Below, piece after piece: positions 40,417-49,789 of a stretch of 55,020 nucleotides of DNA. This DNA is from Candidatus Kaiserbacteria bacterium (GTDB lineage Bacteria > Patescibacteriota > Minisyncoccia > Phycocordibacterales > UBA2100). Made by a program: the position numbers and the translations under genes. The first letter of the stretch is position 1; each line of letters begins with the position of its first letter. The notes beneath the pieces were generated by a model, which was not told the origin of the DNA, searched no databases, and saw nothing but the letters and a program-made list of their open reading frames with translations. The stretch lies in contig JALWTP010000025.1 in assembly GCA_027082835.1 (NCBI GenBank), forward strand, positions 1-55,020, read 5' to 3'.

Positions 40417-40576
40417 GGTTGCTGTTTAGATGAAAATCAGTATCCTTATACACACAATAAAATAAAGAACGCCAGAAAGCTGAGTTGGCAAGAAGAATAT
40501 TGCCAACCGCCTTGAGGTTGCTGTTTAGATGAAAATCAGTATCCTTATACACACAATAAAATAAAGAACGCCAGAA
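40417..40576 (+). repeat. 99-bp-period duplication of the tRNA-Thr leader plus a degenerate 5' tRNA half
   Basis: The 61-nt ggttgctgtttagatg...aacgccagaa is identical at 40417-40477 and 40516-40576. The first copy continues as a degenerate D arm plus AACCGCCTTGA. Confidence 0.9.
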
Positions 40577-40642
40577 TAGCTCAGTTGGTAGAGCAACCGC
40601 CTTGTAAGCGGTAGGTCAGCGGTTCAAGTCCGCTTTCTGGCT
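40570..40642 (+). tRNA. tRNA-Thr(UGU)
   Basis: GCCAGAA/TTCTGGC acceptor, GCTC-AGTTGGTA-GAGC, ACCGC-CTTGTAA-GCGGT, AGCGG-TTCAAGT-CCGCT. Confidence 0.9.
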
Positions 40643-40923
40643 CAAAATACAAATTCTTCTTGTAAACAAGAAAGAGCAACCGCCTTGTCTATAGTCAAGT
40701 TGGGTAGGTCAGCGGTTCAAGTCCGCTTTCTGGCTCAAAATACAAATTCTTCTTGTAAACAAGAAAGAGCAACCGCCTTGTCTATAGTCAAGTTGGGTAG
40801 GTCAGCGGTTCAAGTCCGCTTTCTGGCTCAAAATACAAATTCCTCTTGTAAACAAGAAAGAGCAACCGCCTTGCCTATAGTCAAGTTGGGTAGGGCAGAG
40901 GTTCAAGTCCGCTTTCTGGCTCA
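40643..40923 (+). repeat. Three tandem 93-bp units, each a spacer hairpin plus a partial pseudo-copy of tRNA-Thr(UGU) (D-stem 3' strand to 3' end, anticodon 3' stem replaced)
   Basis: GAGCAACCGCC starts at 40674, 40767 and 40860. The units differ by only a few substitutions. Confidence 0.9.
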
Positions 40924-40934
40924 AGATAAGAAGT

Positions 40935-41636
40935 TTATTTCTTTGCTGTAGAAGTTGCTGTTGTTGTGGCTAAATCAGGCAGTATGGCGAGTATGTCGTC
41001 CATACTCTGCAATCCCGAGTAGGTTTTGTCGTTGAGCACAATGCCTGGGAGTGCATCTTTTTTGATATTTTTCATTTCAGTGAGAGTGGTAATAGCGGGG
41101 AGTCCGATGTTGTAATCAAATGAGTAGATACGCACATCGGGGTTTTGTTTTATAAGCTCGGTTAATACATATCCCTGTCGTTTACAGTCGGTACATTCAC
41201 CTTTTTTGTTTGAATAAAAGTATAAAATAGTTGTGGGCTTTAAATTACATTTTTCCGATACTTTTTTCATCAGAAGCATATCTTTAATTTCAAGGAGAGA
41301 ATAATGTTTTTTGAGACTTATTACTTGCGGGTTATCAGCTCCGAGTTGTGCTTCGGTAAAGGCAAGTTTGTGTCCCAATGAGTCCAATTCATTAGAAAGC
41401 ACCGGCTTTCCTGAGATGTCTTTACATGATTGTTCTTGCAGTAAATCAAACTGTGTCTCAAGCGAGAGTATGTCTATTGAAATACCAGTCTCAAGCGAGC
41501 GTATTTGCGAAATGCGCTTATCATTAAAATAGTTGTTTGCAACAATGGCGGTAACAAAAATAAATCCTGTAATAAGAAAGGTTATAAGGTATTTTGCCCA
41601 CGGTGTAGCAGGTCGTTTGTGTTGTATCGTTTCCAT
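40935..41636 (-). CDS. Membrane-anchored hypothetical protein with a CxxC (thioredoxin-like?) C-terminal domain
   Basis: N-terminal TM; YFYSNKKGECTDCKRQG motif. Confidence 0.4.
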   Translation of the reverse strand: METIQHKRPATPWAKYLITFLITGFIFVTAIVANNYFNDKRISQIRSLETGISIDILSLETQFDLLQEQSCKDISGKPVLSNELDSLGHKLAFTEAQLGADNPQVISLKKHYSLLEIKDMLLMKKVSEKCNLKPTTILYFYSNKKGECTDCKRQGYVLTELIKQNPDVRIYSFDYNIGLPAITTLTEMKNIKKDALPGIVLNDKTYSGLQSMDDILAILPDLATTTATSTAKK

Positions 41637-41668
41637 TTCGGCACTATATCACTAACATAGCGAAATAT

Positions 41669-42898
41669 CTATCTCCAGCGCACTTTGTCTTTCACCACTA
41701 CTTTATAAAGTGAACCCGCAAGCCATAGTGGAGTAATAAACCCGTAAAGAGCAATATATAAAGGAATGTCAAATGAAAATATTTTATCTTTAGAGATTTT
41801 CTTTCCGATGCTTATCAATACAAAAGTGAGCGCCAAAAGTGCGAAAACAATAGAGGAAAGCGCCGTGGTGTTAAAATAGAACATATCAAATTGCATAGAA
41901 GGAACCTGTACACCCACAGTCTGAAAGCGAACTATTTCTTCAACTATTTTCACTCCGGTATTCCACAGAAGAGTTGCGAACAAAAAAGTTGCGCTAAATA
42001 TACTAACTAGAGAAAGAGGAAGGATGAATAAACCGAGTGTACCGTATTTTCCGTTGAAAAACATGTGACGATAATCAACGGCATTTTTTAAGAATCCAAA
42101 AGTCCAGCGAACTCGTTGATTATAAAGTGCCTTAAATGTTTTTGGAGAGGTTGTGTGTACGATTGCACGTGGCTCGTTCGTTATTTTCTTATTATGTTGT
42201 TGTAATCGCAGACACATTTCAAGATCTTCGGTACTGTGGCCGTGTCTCCATGGTCCTACTTCCAAGATGACACTTCTTCTAAAGAAAGAAAAAGGTCCGG
42301 GGGTGATAAAAAGAGAGTCCATATGTGCAAATACATTGCGAACGAAGATTGCAAGACCGTATTCAGCTTTTTGCACGAGTTGTAATATATTTTGCGGGTT
42401 GTGTATTTTGATGCTTGGCGTTACCGCAGAGGTGTGTATATCTTCAAATTGTTTTGCAATATACAAAAGGGCATCGTGTTCTACATATGAATCTGCGTCA
42501 AGACAGCCGATAATCTCAGAATCGGAATATTTAAGAGCCATATTCATTGCACTGTGTTTGCCGCCGTTTTTTTTATCCAACACGGTTATTTGGTTGTGGT
42601 GTTCAAAAGTCTTGAGTATAGAAAGTGTATTGTCGGATGAGCCATCATTTACGGCAATTATACGCAATTTGTTTTTTGGGTAAGTCAATTGGAGGAGGGA
42701 CTCCAGTGTTGCACCTACTGTTTTTTCTTCATTAAAGCACGGTACAATGACTGTGGCAGTTGGAAGTGCATCTTCGTCTATATCTATAAGCGTATTTCGG
42801 TCGTTTTGCAGATGTTCAAAATAGGTAATAAGCAAAAAAACCTCGAAATACAGCGAGACAAAAAGTGTCGCAAATAATGCTATTTGTGATATTTCCAT
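41669..42898 (-). CDS. Processive family-2 glycosyltransferase (membrane-embedded, QxxRW type)
   Basis: VIVPCFNEE, DADS, QRVRWTFG motifs plus N- and C-terminal TM helices. Start at MEISQ (42898) leaves a divergent promoter region shared with pheS. Confidence 0.75.
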   Translation of the reverse strand: MEISQIALFATLFVSLYFEVFLLITYFEHLQNDRNTLIDIDEDALPTATVIVPCFNEEKTVGATLESLLQLTYPKNKLRIIAVNDGSSDNTLSILKTFEHHNQITVLDKKNGGKHSAMNMALKYSDSEIIGCLDADSYVEHDALLYIAKQFEDIHTSAVTPSIKIHNPQNILQLVQKAEYGLAIFVRNVFAHMDSLFITPGPFSFFRRSVILEVGPWRHGHSTEDLEMCLRLQQHNKKITNEPRAIVHTTSPKTFKALYNQRVRWTFGFLKNAVDYRHMFFNGKYGTLGLFILPLSLVSIFSATFLFATLLWNTGVKIVEEIVRFQTVGVQVPSMQFDMFYFNTTALSSIVFALLALTFVLISIGKKISKDKIFSFDIPLYIALYGFITPLWLAGSLYKVVVKDKVRWR

Positions 42899-42993
42899 TG
42901 AGTGCGATTGTAACACGAATTGGCGAAAATAATAGAAACTACTGTGCTTTTTCATTACTTCTTTTATGCTATACTCACCAATACATACAAAGT

Positions 42994-43725
42994 ATGACAA
43001 ACGAGGAAAAACAGTATATACACCCACTGACGGGCGCAATACGAGAGGTCGTAGCTATTTTCTCGGAACTTGGGTTTGAAATAGCACAAGGTCCTGAGTT
43101 AGAGGAAGAGAAGTATAACTTTGATGCACTCAATGTCGCGAAAAATCATCCGGCGCGGGATATGCAAGACACCTTTTGGGTGGATGAGAATCATGTACTG
43201 CGTACACATGACACTGCCGTTACTGCGCGGAAATTGGAAGAAAACGACGGTCCTATGCGCTTTATTTCATGTGGAAAAGCATACAGGAACGAGGCAACCG
43301 ATATGACGCACGAAGCACAGTTCTATCAGGTAGACGCGTTTGTGATAGGAGAAAACATTAGCTTGTCACATCTTAAATGGACACTTGAGAGATTCTTTCA
43401 AAAGTTTCTCGGGGGCAAAGTAGAAATACGATTTCGACCGGGCTTTTTCCCATTTGTTGAGCCGGGAGTGGAAGTAGATATGAAATTGCTCGGAGATACA
43501 GTACCAGAGCGACTTCTTGGAAAGTGGATAGAAATACTCGGCGCGGGAATGCTTCACCCAAATGTACTTCGTGCAGGTGGTATAGATCCTGAGAAATATC
43601 AAGGATGGGCATTTGGGGGTGGAATTGAGAGACTTGCTATGTTGAAGTGGGGAGTAGACGATGTTCGCATTTTCCATTCAGGAGATCTTCGCTTCATCCG
43701 ACAATTCATTAAAAATGCAAAATAA
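42994..43725 (+). CDS. pheS: Phenylalanine-tRNA ligase alpha subunit, short form
   Basis: Class II core motifs (HPARDMQDTFW, FRPGFFPFVEPG, GWAFGGGIERLAM); 243 aa. Confidence 0.88.
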   Translation: MTNEEKQYIHPLTGAIREVVAIFSELGFEIAQGPELEEEKYNFDALNVAKNHPARDMQDTFWVDENHVLRTHDTAVTARKLEENDGPMRFISCGKAYRNEATDMTHEAQFYQVDAFVIGENISLSHLKWTLERFFQKFLGGKVEIRFRPGFFPFVEPGVEVDMKLLGDTVPERLLGKWIEILGAGMLHPNVLRAGGIDPEKYQGWAFGGGIERLAMLKWGVDDVRIFHSGDLRFIRQFIKNAK

Positions 43726-43736
43726 AAAAGCAATAT

Positions 43737-45650
43737 ATGAAAATTAATTATAAATGGTTACAAACATTTTTTGATGAAGGAGTGCTTCCTTCGGTGAGTG
43801 AATTGGAACAAGAGCTCACTTTTCATTCTTTTGAAATAGAGGGTGTGGAAGAGAAGGATGGTGATTCCATTATAGATATAGATGTTCTTCCCAACAGAGC
43901 GGCTGATTGCCTTTCTCATCGTGGTATTGCTCGTGAGATTTCTGCTTTGTTTAGTTTGCCTATGAAAAAAGATGTCTTCAGAGAAAGCGATGAACTATCG
44001 CCGGTCACTGAAGATACAAAAGTAACGATAGATGAGGATTCTTCATGTTCGTATTATGTAGCCGTTTCTGTATGTGATGTGGAGGTAAAAGAATCACCCC
44101 AGTGGCTCAAGGATAGATTGGAATCTATCGGACAGAAGTCTATTAACAATGTGGTAGATGCTACCAACTATGTTTTGTTTGATATTGGACGACCAACGCA
44201 TGTATTTGACGCAGATAAATTAGATGGAGAGAAGCCGCATATACGCACTCGCCGTGCAAAAAATGGTGAAAAAATCACTTTGCTTGGCGGAGAAGAAAAA
44301 GAACTCTCCGATACGATGACCGTGATTGCCGATGGCAACAGCGATGTGCCTCTGGCAATAGCGGGTGTAAAGGGAGGTGCGTATGCCGAGGTAGATGAAA
44401 ATACCAAAAATATACTGATAGAAGTAGCCAACTTTAATCCACAACAAACTCGCATCACTGCACAACAATTAAAGCTTCGTACCGATGCTTCTGCTCGATT
44501 TGAAAATAATATAGCCGACCGCGTTGCCAATTATGGAGCACTTGAAGTAACGAAGCTTATTTTAGATATTGCAGGAGGCACCCTTAAAGGATATTCATTT
44601 AATGGTGGTTTGGATGAAGGAAATACTGAGGTGGAAGTACCGATTAAAAAAATATCAAAGCTGCTTGGTGTAGAAGTTCCTCAAAGCGATGTTGAGAACA
44701 TATTGGATAGGTTGCAGTTTGATACAAGTACACAAGCAGATACCATTATCACAAAAGCTCCATTTGAGAGGCGTGATATTAAAATACCCGAAGATGTTAT
44801 AGAAGAGATAGGGAGAATGTACGGATATAACAAAATTGAAAGTATGTCGCTCCCTGATCCTGAGAGAGAACCACATATAAACAAAAAGTATGCATACGCT
44901 GAGAAAATAAGAAGTGTGCTTGGCGAAAAAGGATATACTGAAGTGTACACTTATTCGCTTCGCGATTCTGGAGAGGTTAAATTGCTCAATGCACTTGCGA
45001 GCGATAAAGACTATCTGCGCAATGATCTTTCCGGTGGTCTTGTGGATGCACTAGACAATAATGAACACAATATGCCGCTACTTGGCATCTATGATGGTAT
45101 GAAGATATTTGAAATCGGTAATGTATTTACCGACGGTGGAGAAGAAACACATGTGGCAATTGGAGTGCGAAGTGTGGGAAAAAAGAAACGAGAAGAGAGA
45201 AATAAAGCATTGTTGGAGGATGCAAAGAAAAATTTGGAAGAATTGCTTGGCACTGCATTGCCGGAAGTATCTACTGAGACTTTAGAATTTAATTTAGATT
45301 CTGTCATAGCAGAATTGCCTGATATAGATCACTACCCTCATAGGGAAGTGATATCTGAGGTGCAGTACATTGCACCGAGTCAGTATCCATTTGTACTGCG
45401 CGACATTGCAGTATGGACTCCTGAGGGAGTGGGTGGTGAAGAAGTATTAGAACTTATTAAAGAAAATGCGGGCGAGTTATTGGTGCGAGTAGATATGTTT
45501 GATACTTTTGCAAAGGATGGAAAAGTTTCGTATGCATTCCACTTGGTATTTCAATCAAAAGAGCGAACCCTTAACGATACAGAAGTAGGAGAGATAATGA
45601 AATCTGTTGAAGATATAATACAAAACCAAGAAGGATGGGAGGTCAGATAA
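43737..45650 (+). CDS. pheT: Phenylalanine-tRNA ligase beta subunit, short form
   Basis: B3/4, B5 and C-terminal anticodon-binding-like domains. Begins directly with KINYKWLQ; 637 aa. Confidence 0.85.
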   Translation: MKINYKWLQTFFDEGVLPSVSELEQELTFHSFEIEGVEEKDGDSIIDIDVLPNRAADCLSHRGIAREISALFSLPMKKDVFRESDELSPVTEDTKVTIDEDSSCSYYVAVSVCDVEVKESPQWLKDRLESIGQKSINNVVDATNYVLFDIGRPTHVFDADKLDGEKPHIRTRRAKNGEKITLLGGEEKELSDTMTVIADGNSDVPLAIAGVKGGAYAEVDENTKNILIEVANFNPQQTRITAQQLKLRTDASARFENNIADRVANYGALEVTKLILDIAGGTLKGYSFNGGLDEGNTEVEVPIKKISKLLGVEVPQSDVENILDRLQFDTSTQADTIITKAPFERRDIKIPEDVIEEIGRMYGYNKIESMSLPDPEREPHINKKYAYAEKIRSVLGEKGYTEVYTYSLRDSGEVKLLNALASDKDYLRNDLSGGLVDALDNNEHNMPLLGIYDGMKIFEIGNVFTDGGEETHVAIGVRSVGKKKREERNKALLEDAKKNLEELLGTALPEVSTETLEFNLDSVIAELPDIDHYPHREVISEVQYIAPSQYPFVLRDIAVWTPEGVGGEEVLELIKENAGELLVRVDMFDTFAKDGKVSYAFHLVFQSKERTLNDTEVGEIMKSVEDIIQNQEGWEVR

Positions 45651-45794
45651 AGGTGTTTTTGTGGATTAGCAAATGTGCATAAAAGCAAGCATTTATGCGT
45701 GTTTTTTGCTATACTATAGAGTATAAAAGGAAGTAATACTGGCGGAGCGCTGTGCGCTCTTTTTACGGCAGTTTTTCAAAAATAGATTTACACT

Positions 45795-47807
45795 ATGGCA
45801 ACACCAAAAAAAGAAATGAAACCAAAAACAACAAAAAAAGGACACTACGGCGCAGATGATATTACTGTTCTGGAGGGGTTGGAGGCAGTTCGCAGACGCC
45901 CCGGAATGTATATTGGAACAACCGGATTGGAAGGACTCCATCACCTTATATGGGAGATATTTGACAACTCGCGCGATGAGGCGATGGGTGGCTTTGCCGA
46001 TACGGTGGAAGTAGCGCTGTTGCCGGGAAATAGGATACGCGTTGCTGATAATGGACGAGGTATACCGGTAGACACACATAAGAAAACAAAAGTCTCAGCA
46101 CTTGAAACCATTATGACCACACTTCACGCCGGTGGAAAGTTTGGTGGCGAAGGATATAAATACTCGGGAGGATTGCACGGGGTGGGTGTATCTGTGGTAA
46201 ACGCACTTTCTACTTATGTGCGTGCTGAAGTACACCGCGATGGCGGACAATATGTGCAGGAGTATAAAAACGGTGGTAAGGCAGTCGCAAAGGTTAAAAA
46301 GCTTGGATCTTCTAAATTGCATGGAACGATAATCACCTTTGAAGCAGATCCTGAGATATTCCCTGAAATTGAATATAACTGGAAAACAATAGTAGAGCAT
46401 CTACGACAGCAAGCATATTTGGTGCGCAGTATGCATCTCACCATATTGGATGCGCGAGAATACACAGGAAAAATAGACGATACCAAGAATTTCTTCTTGC
46501 GCGATCAACTATTGCCGGTGCCATCTATGACTTTCTACTTTGAAGGTGGTCTCACTAGTTTGATATCGTTCCAAAATCGCCACTTAAAAGCGATGCACAA
46601 AAACATTTTTTATGTTGAGAAAGAGCAAGACGATGTGCGTGTTGAAGTTGCCCTGCAATATGTAGACGATATTTCTGCACGCATATCTGCATTTGCCAAC
46701 AATATATATAATCCAGAAGGAGGAATGCATATCACCGGATTTAAAACGGCGCTGACACGTACTCTGAACAATTATGTAAAAAAGGCAAATATCAAAGGAA
46801 TTGACGCAAACTTTACCGGTGACGATGTGCTTGAAGGGTTGACTGCAGTGGTGTCGGTAAAGATGGAGGAAATACAATTTGAAGGGCAAACCAAATCAAA
46901 GTTGGGAAGTGTGGAGGCGCGCGGTGCGGTAGAATCTGTTTTTGCGTCTGCGTTTTCTGAGTTTCTTGAAGAGAATCCCAATGATGCAAAAGCAATTGTA
47001 ACTAAGGCGGTACTGGCAATGAAGGCGCGCAAAGCTGCAAAGGCAGCGAAAGATTCTGTGTTGCGCAAGGGTGCACTGGATGGAATGACTCTGCCGGGAA
47101 AGCTGGCAGATTGCCAGAGTAAGTCAGCCGAAGACTCCGAGATATTTATTGTGGAGGGAGATTCTGCGGGTGGTTCAAGTAAAATGGCACGCGACCGTAA
47201 AACACAAGCGATACTACCGCTTCGTGGAAAGATTTTGAATGTAGAGCGCGCGCGCTTGGACAAAATGCTCGCAAACAACGAGATAAAAGCACTGGTGGTA
47301 GCACTGGGAACCGCTATTGGTGATACATTTAACATAGAAAAACTGCGATATCACAAAGTTATTCTCGCAACAGACGCCGATGTGGATGGCGCACACATTA
47401 GAACACTTTTAATGACATTGTTTTATCGTTATTTCCGTCCATTAGTGGAAGGTGGCTATCTCTACATCGCACAACCACCATTGTATAAATTGCGACAAGG
47501 TAAAAAAGTTGCGTATGCATATTCGGAAGAAGAAAAGTTTGAGGTGGTGAAAAGTTTTGGAGCAGGGAAAAATGATGATGAAAATACAGCGAAAGTAGAT
47601 GAACAACGATACAAAGGTCTGGGAGAGATGAATCCCGAAGAGATGTGGGAAACCACCATGGATCCCGAAAGAAGATTGCTTAAACAAGTAACCATTGAAG
47701 ATGCACAGGAGGCAGATAAAGTGTTTGATACATTGATGGGAACAGATGTAACATCGCGTAAAAACTTTATACAAACACACGCCCTGGAAGCAACGCTTGA
47801 TATATAA
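45795..47807 (+). CDS. gyrB: DNA gyrase subunit B
   Basis: GLEAVRRRPGMYIG, GHKL ATPase, Toprim EIFIVEGDSAGGS, PLRGKILNVE. Confidence 0.92.
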   Translation: MATPKKEMKPKTTKKGHYGADDITVLEGLEAVRRRPGMYIGTTGLEGLHHLIWEIFDNSRDEAMGGFADTVEVALLPGNRIRVADNGRGIPVDTHKKTKVSALETIMTTLHAGGKFGGEGYKYSGGLHGVGVSVVNALSTYVRAEVHRDGGQYVQEYKNGGKAVAKVKKLGSSKLHGTIITFEADPEIFPEIEYNWKTIVEHLRQQAYLVRSMHLTILDAREYTGKIDDTKNFFLRDQLLPVPSMTFYFEGGLTSLISFQNRHLKAMHKNIFYVEKEQDDVRVEVALQYVDDISARISAFANNIYNPEGGMHITGFKTALTRTLNNYVKKANIKGIDANFTGDDVLEGLTAVVSVKMEEIQFEGQTKSKLGSVEARGAVESVFASAFSEFLEENPNDAKAIVTKAVLAMKARKAAKAAKDSVLRKGALDGMTLPGKLADCQSKSAEDSEIFIVEGDSAGGSSKMARDRKTQAILPLRGKILNVERARLDKMLANNEIKALVVALGTAIGDTFNIEKLRYHKVILATDADVDGAHIRTLLMTLFYRYFRPLVEGGYLYIAQPPLYKLRQGKKVAYAYSEEEKFEVVKSFGAGKNDDENTAKVDEQRYKGLGEMNPEEMWETTMDPERRLLKQVTIEDAQEADKVFDTLMGTDVTSRKNFIQTHALEATLDI

Positions 47808-47827
47808 AATACAAGAGAGTGTATAAG

Positions 47828-47856
47828 AAAGGCCCCGCGCGAAGCGCGGGGCCTTT
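47828..47856. terminator. GC-rich bidirectional terminator
   Basis: AAAGGCCCCGCGC-gaa-GCGCGGGGCCTTT. Confidence 0.75.
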
Positions 47857-47872
47857 CTTTGTATAGTGCAGA

Positions 47873-48934
47873 TTAAAAACTAAGAATGTGGATTTGTTTA
47901 GAGAACACATTGTTATATTCATTTGATTCTGGCGTGTAGTTGTACGGATCAAGCTGTATGCTTACATTGTGTAATCCGGCCTGTAGTTGATCAAAGGTAA
48001 TCAAAAGTGTTGCCGAAGCTCCTGGCAAAAGTGATGGCTGTGGTCGTGAAGTAAAGGTGTAATTTCCATTTGATGGAACGGTTGCAGAGAAATACCAGGT
48101 CCCTGTTTCTTTGGTCCCGTTATTTTTAACAATAAATTGTGCTGCACCTTTTTCGTACCTACTGATTATTGGTTGTGGCATAAAAGAATTATCCGACGCC
48201 ACTGTTCCTACTTGTAGTGAAATAAGAGAAAGATCTGCGACACCGTATGGATTTGATTGGCGTGGTACGCGTATAATCTTTGTTTGTATTTTTGTTGGGA
48301 TAGGGGTGGTGACTGATGGAGCTTCTTTTGGTTTGTGGGTCGTGGTTTGAGCTGGGACTTTGTGTTTTGTTGGAGCACTGTGTGTATACGATGTTGGTGT
48401 CGGTTGTGTGGGATGGTGAGTTATGGAGGTTGCTTCTCCTGTGTTTATCACAGTGAGTGTCTTTGAGTCGCGTATACTATCTCCATTTTCATTGGTGTAG
48501 GTTATAGCAAAAGGTACTTCTATTGATGCTTTTGTGGTTATAGGAGTGACCTGCAGGGTATTTTGATCGGGAGCGAAAGTATATGGAATGTTGCAAGGTA
48601 TCGCGGCGTTGTTTATCTCAAAGTGAAATCCCTCTTTGCAAGCATATGCAAAAGAAGTAACACCGGCGTCTCCTCCTTTTCTATTCCATTGCACGAGCAC
48701 AGGATTGCCACTTTTTGCGTTTTGAGGGGTTACGCTCACGACTATATCCTTTTTACCAAAGGGAAGTCTATGAGCTTTGGTCTTTAGAGTTGCAGTCCCA
48801 TCACTTGAGAATATATGAGGTATAAAGCTGATAACCTGTATTGCACTCCATATTCCCACACCGAGTAGTATAAGAAAAGCGACTATTGCAAGTATGTTTT
48901 TAAGCCGAGATGGCTTTTTGCTTTCATCTGTCAT
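47873..48934 (-). CDS. Membrane-anchored surface protein with a T/P-rich linker and C-terminal CARDB-like domain
   Basis: N-terminal TM; THHPTQPTPTSYTHSAPTKHK linker; DLSLISLQV...FIVKNNGT...LDPYNYTPESNEYNN resembles CARDB. Confidence 0.55.
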   Translation of the reverse strand: MTDESKKPSRLKNILAIVAFLILLGVGIWSAIQVISFIPHIFSSDGTATLKTKAHRLPFGKKDIVVSVTPQNAKSGNPVLVQWNRKGGDAGVTSFAYACKEGFHFEINNAAIPCNIPYTFAPDQNTLQVTPITTKASIEVPFAITYTNENGDSIRDSKTLTVINTGEATSITHHPTQPTPTSYTHSAPTKHKVPAQTTTHKPKEAPSVTTPIPTKIQTKIIRVPRQSNPYGVADLSLISLQVGTVASDNSFMPQPIISRYEKGAAQFIVKNNGTKETGTWYFSATVPSNGNYTFTSRPQPSLLPGASATLLITFDQLQAGLHNVSIQLDPYNYTPESNEYNNVFSKQIHILSF

Positions 48935-49032
48935 AGTGTTTGCAATATACCACTTTTCCCATAATTCAACAATAATATTGCACGCCAGTGCATTGTATAT
49001 ACATACACTCCATATTATAGTGAGAGTACTAT

Positions 49033-49746
49033 ATGAATGACCAAACACCACAAGAGCCGAGCATATTTCAATTGCTGTTTAATCGGAAAATGTTTAAGCA
49101 ACTTTTTCTGCTTTGGCTTTTGTTTGTTGTGGTTGGAAGTTTTGTTTCCGCGTTCGCAAGGCAAAACCATATCGTTCTTCGCGATGGCGACCCGGGAGTA
49201 ACCAAAGCGGCACAAAGTGCACTGCTGGCAAACAATACCAATGTAGACTTTTCTTACCCTGATGTCACAAGGGAAGTAACGGCAACATCAGTGGGACAAA
49301 CGAGGAAAATATATCCGAGTCGTTTGGTAATACCTAAAATAGGAACTGATTTGCCAATAAGTAATCCGCAAACACGCGATATAGAAAAGTTGGATGCAGA
49401 ACTACGAAGTGCATCAGTACGGTATCCGGATTCTGCAACGCTTGGAGTGCAGGGTGGAAATATGTTGCTTTTCGGGCATTCAAGCAGATTGCCGATAGTG
49501 CATAACAAGTTATATAAAGCATTTAATAATATAGAAAAATTGAAAAAAGGGGATATGGTAAAGGTGCTCTCAGGTACAGATACTTATTCGTATCAGGTGA
49601 GTAAAGTGTACCAATCAAGTTCGCTTGACGGCAGGATACCGCTCGTTGTACCGGGGCATCGCGTTACACTGCTTACCTGTGACTCCTTTGGCAAAAAGAG
49701 CGATCGCTGGGTAGTGGAAGCAAACTTTATCGGAAAGAATATATAA
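49033..49746 (+). CDS. Sortase family transpeptidase
   Basis: N-terminal TM, LVIPKIG, LLFGHS (catalytic His), VTLLTC (TLxTC catalytic Cys), downstream R. Confidence 0.75.
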   Translation: MNDQTPQEPSIFQLLFNRKMFKQLFLLWLLFVVVGSFVSAFARQNHIVLRDGDPGVTKAAQSALLANNTNVDFSYPDVTREVTATSVGQTRKIYPSRLVIPKIGTDLPISNPQTRDIEKLDAELRSASVRYPDSATLGVQGGNMLLFGHSSRLPIVHNKLYKAFNNIEKLKKGDMVKVLSGTDTYSYQVSKVYQSSSLDGRIPLVVPGHRVTLLTCDSFGKKSDRWVVEANFIGKNI

Positions 49747-49789
49747 AAAATTGGCCCCGAAAGCGCAAGCTTCCGGGACCAAAAAGTTT

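Noticed and set aside
40643-40923. Possible CRISPR array (regular 93-bp periodicity)
   Set aside because: The whole 93-bp unit is repeated, so there are no unique spacers. The repeat content is tRNA-derived and there are no cas genes in the window.
40685-40951. 88-aa ORF with an internally repeated peptide (SIVKLGRSAVQVRFLAQNTNSSCKQERATAL x3)
   Set aside because: It is simply the translation of the three 93-bp tRNA-Thr pseudo-copy units. There is no SD or start context, and the periodicity equals the DNA repeat.
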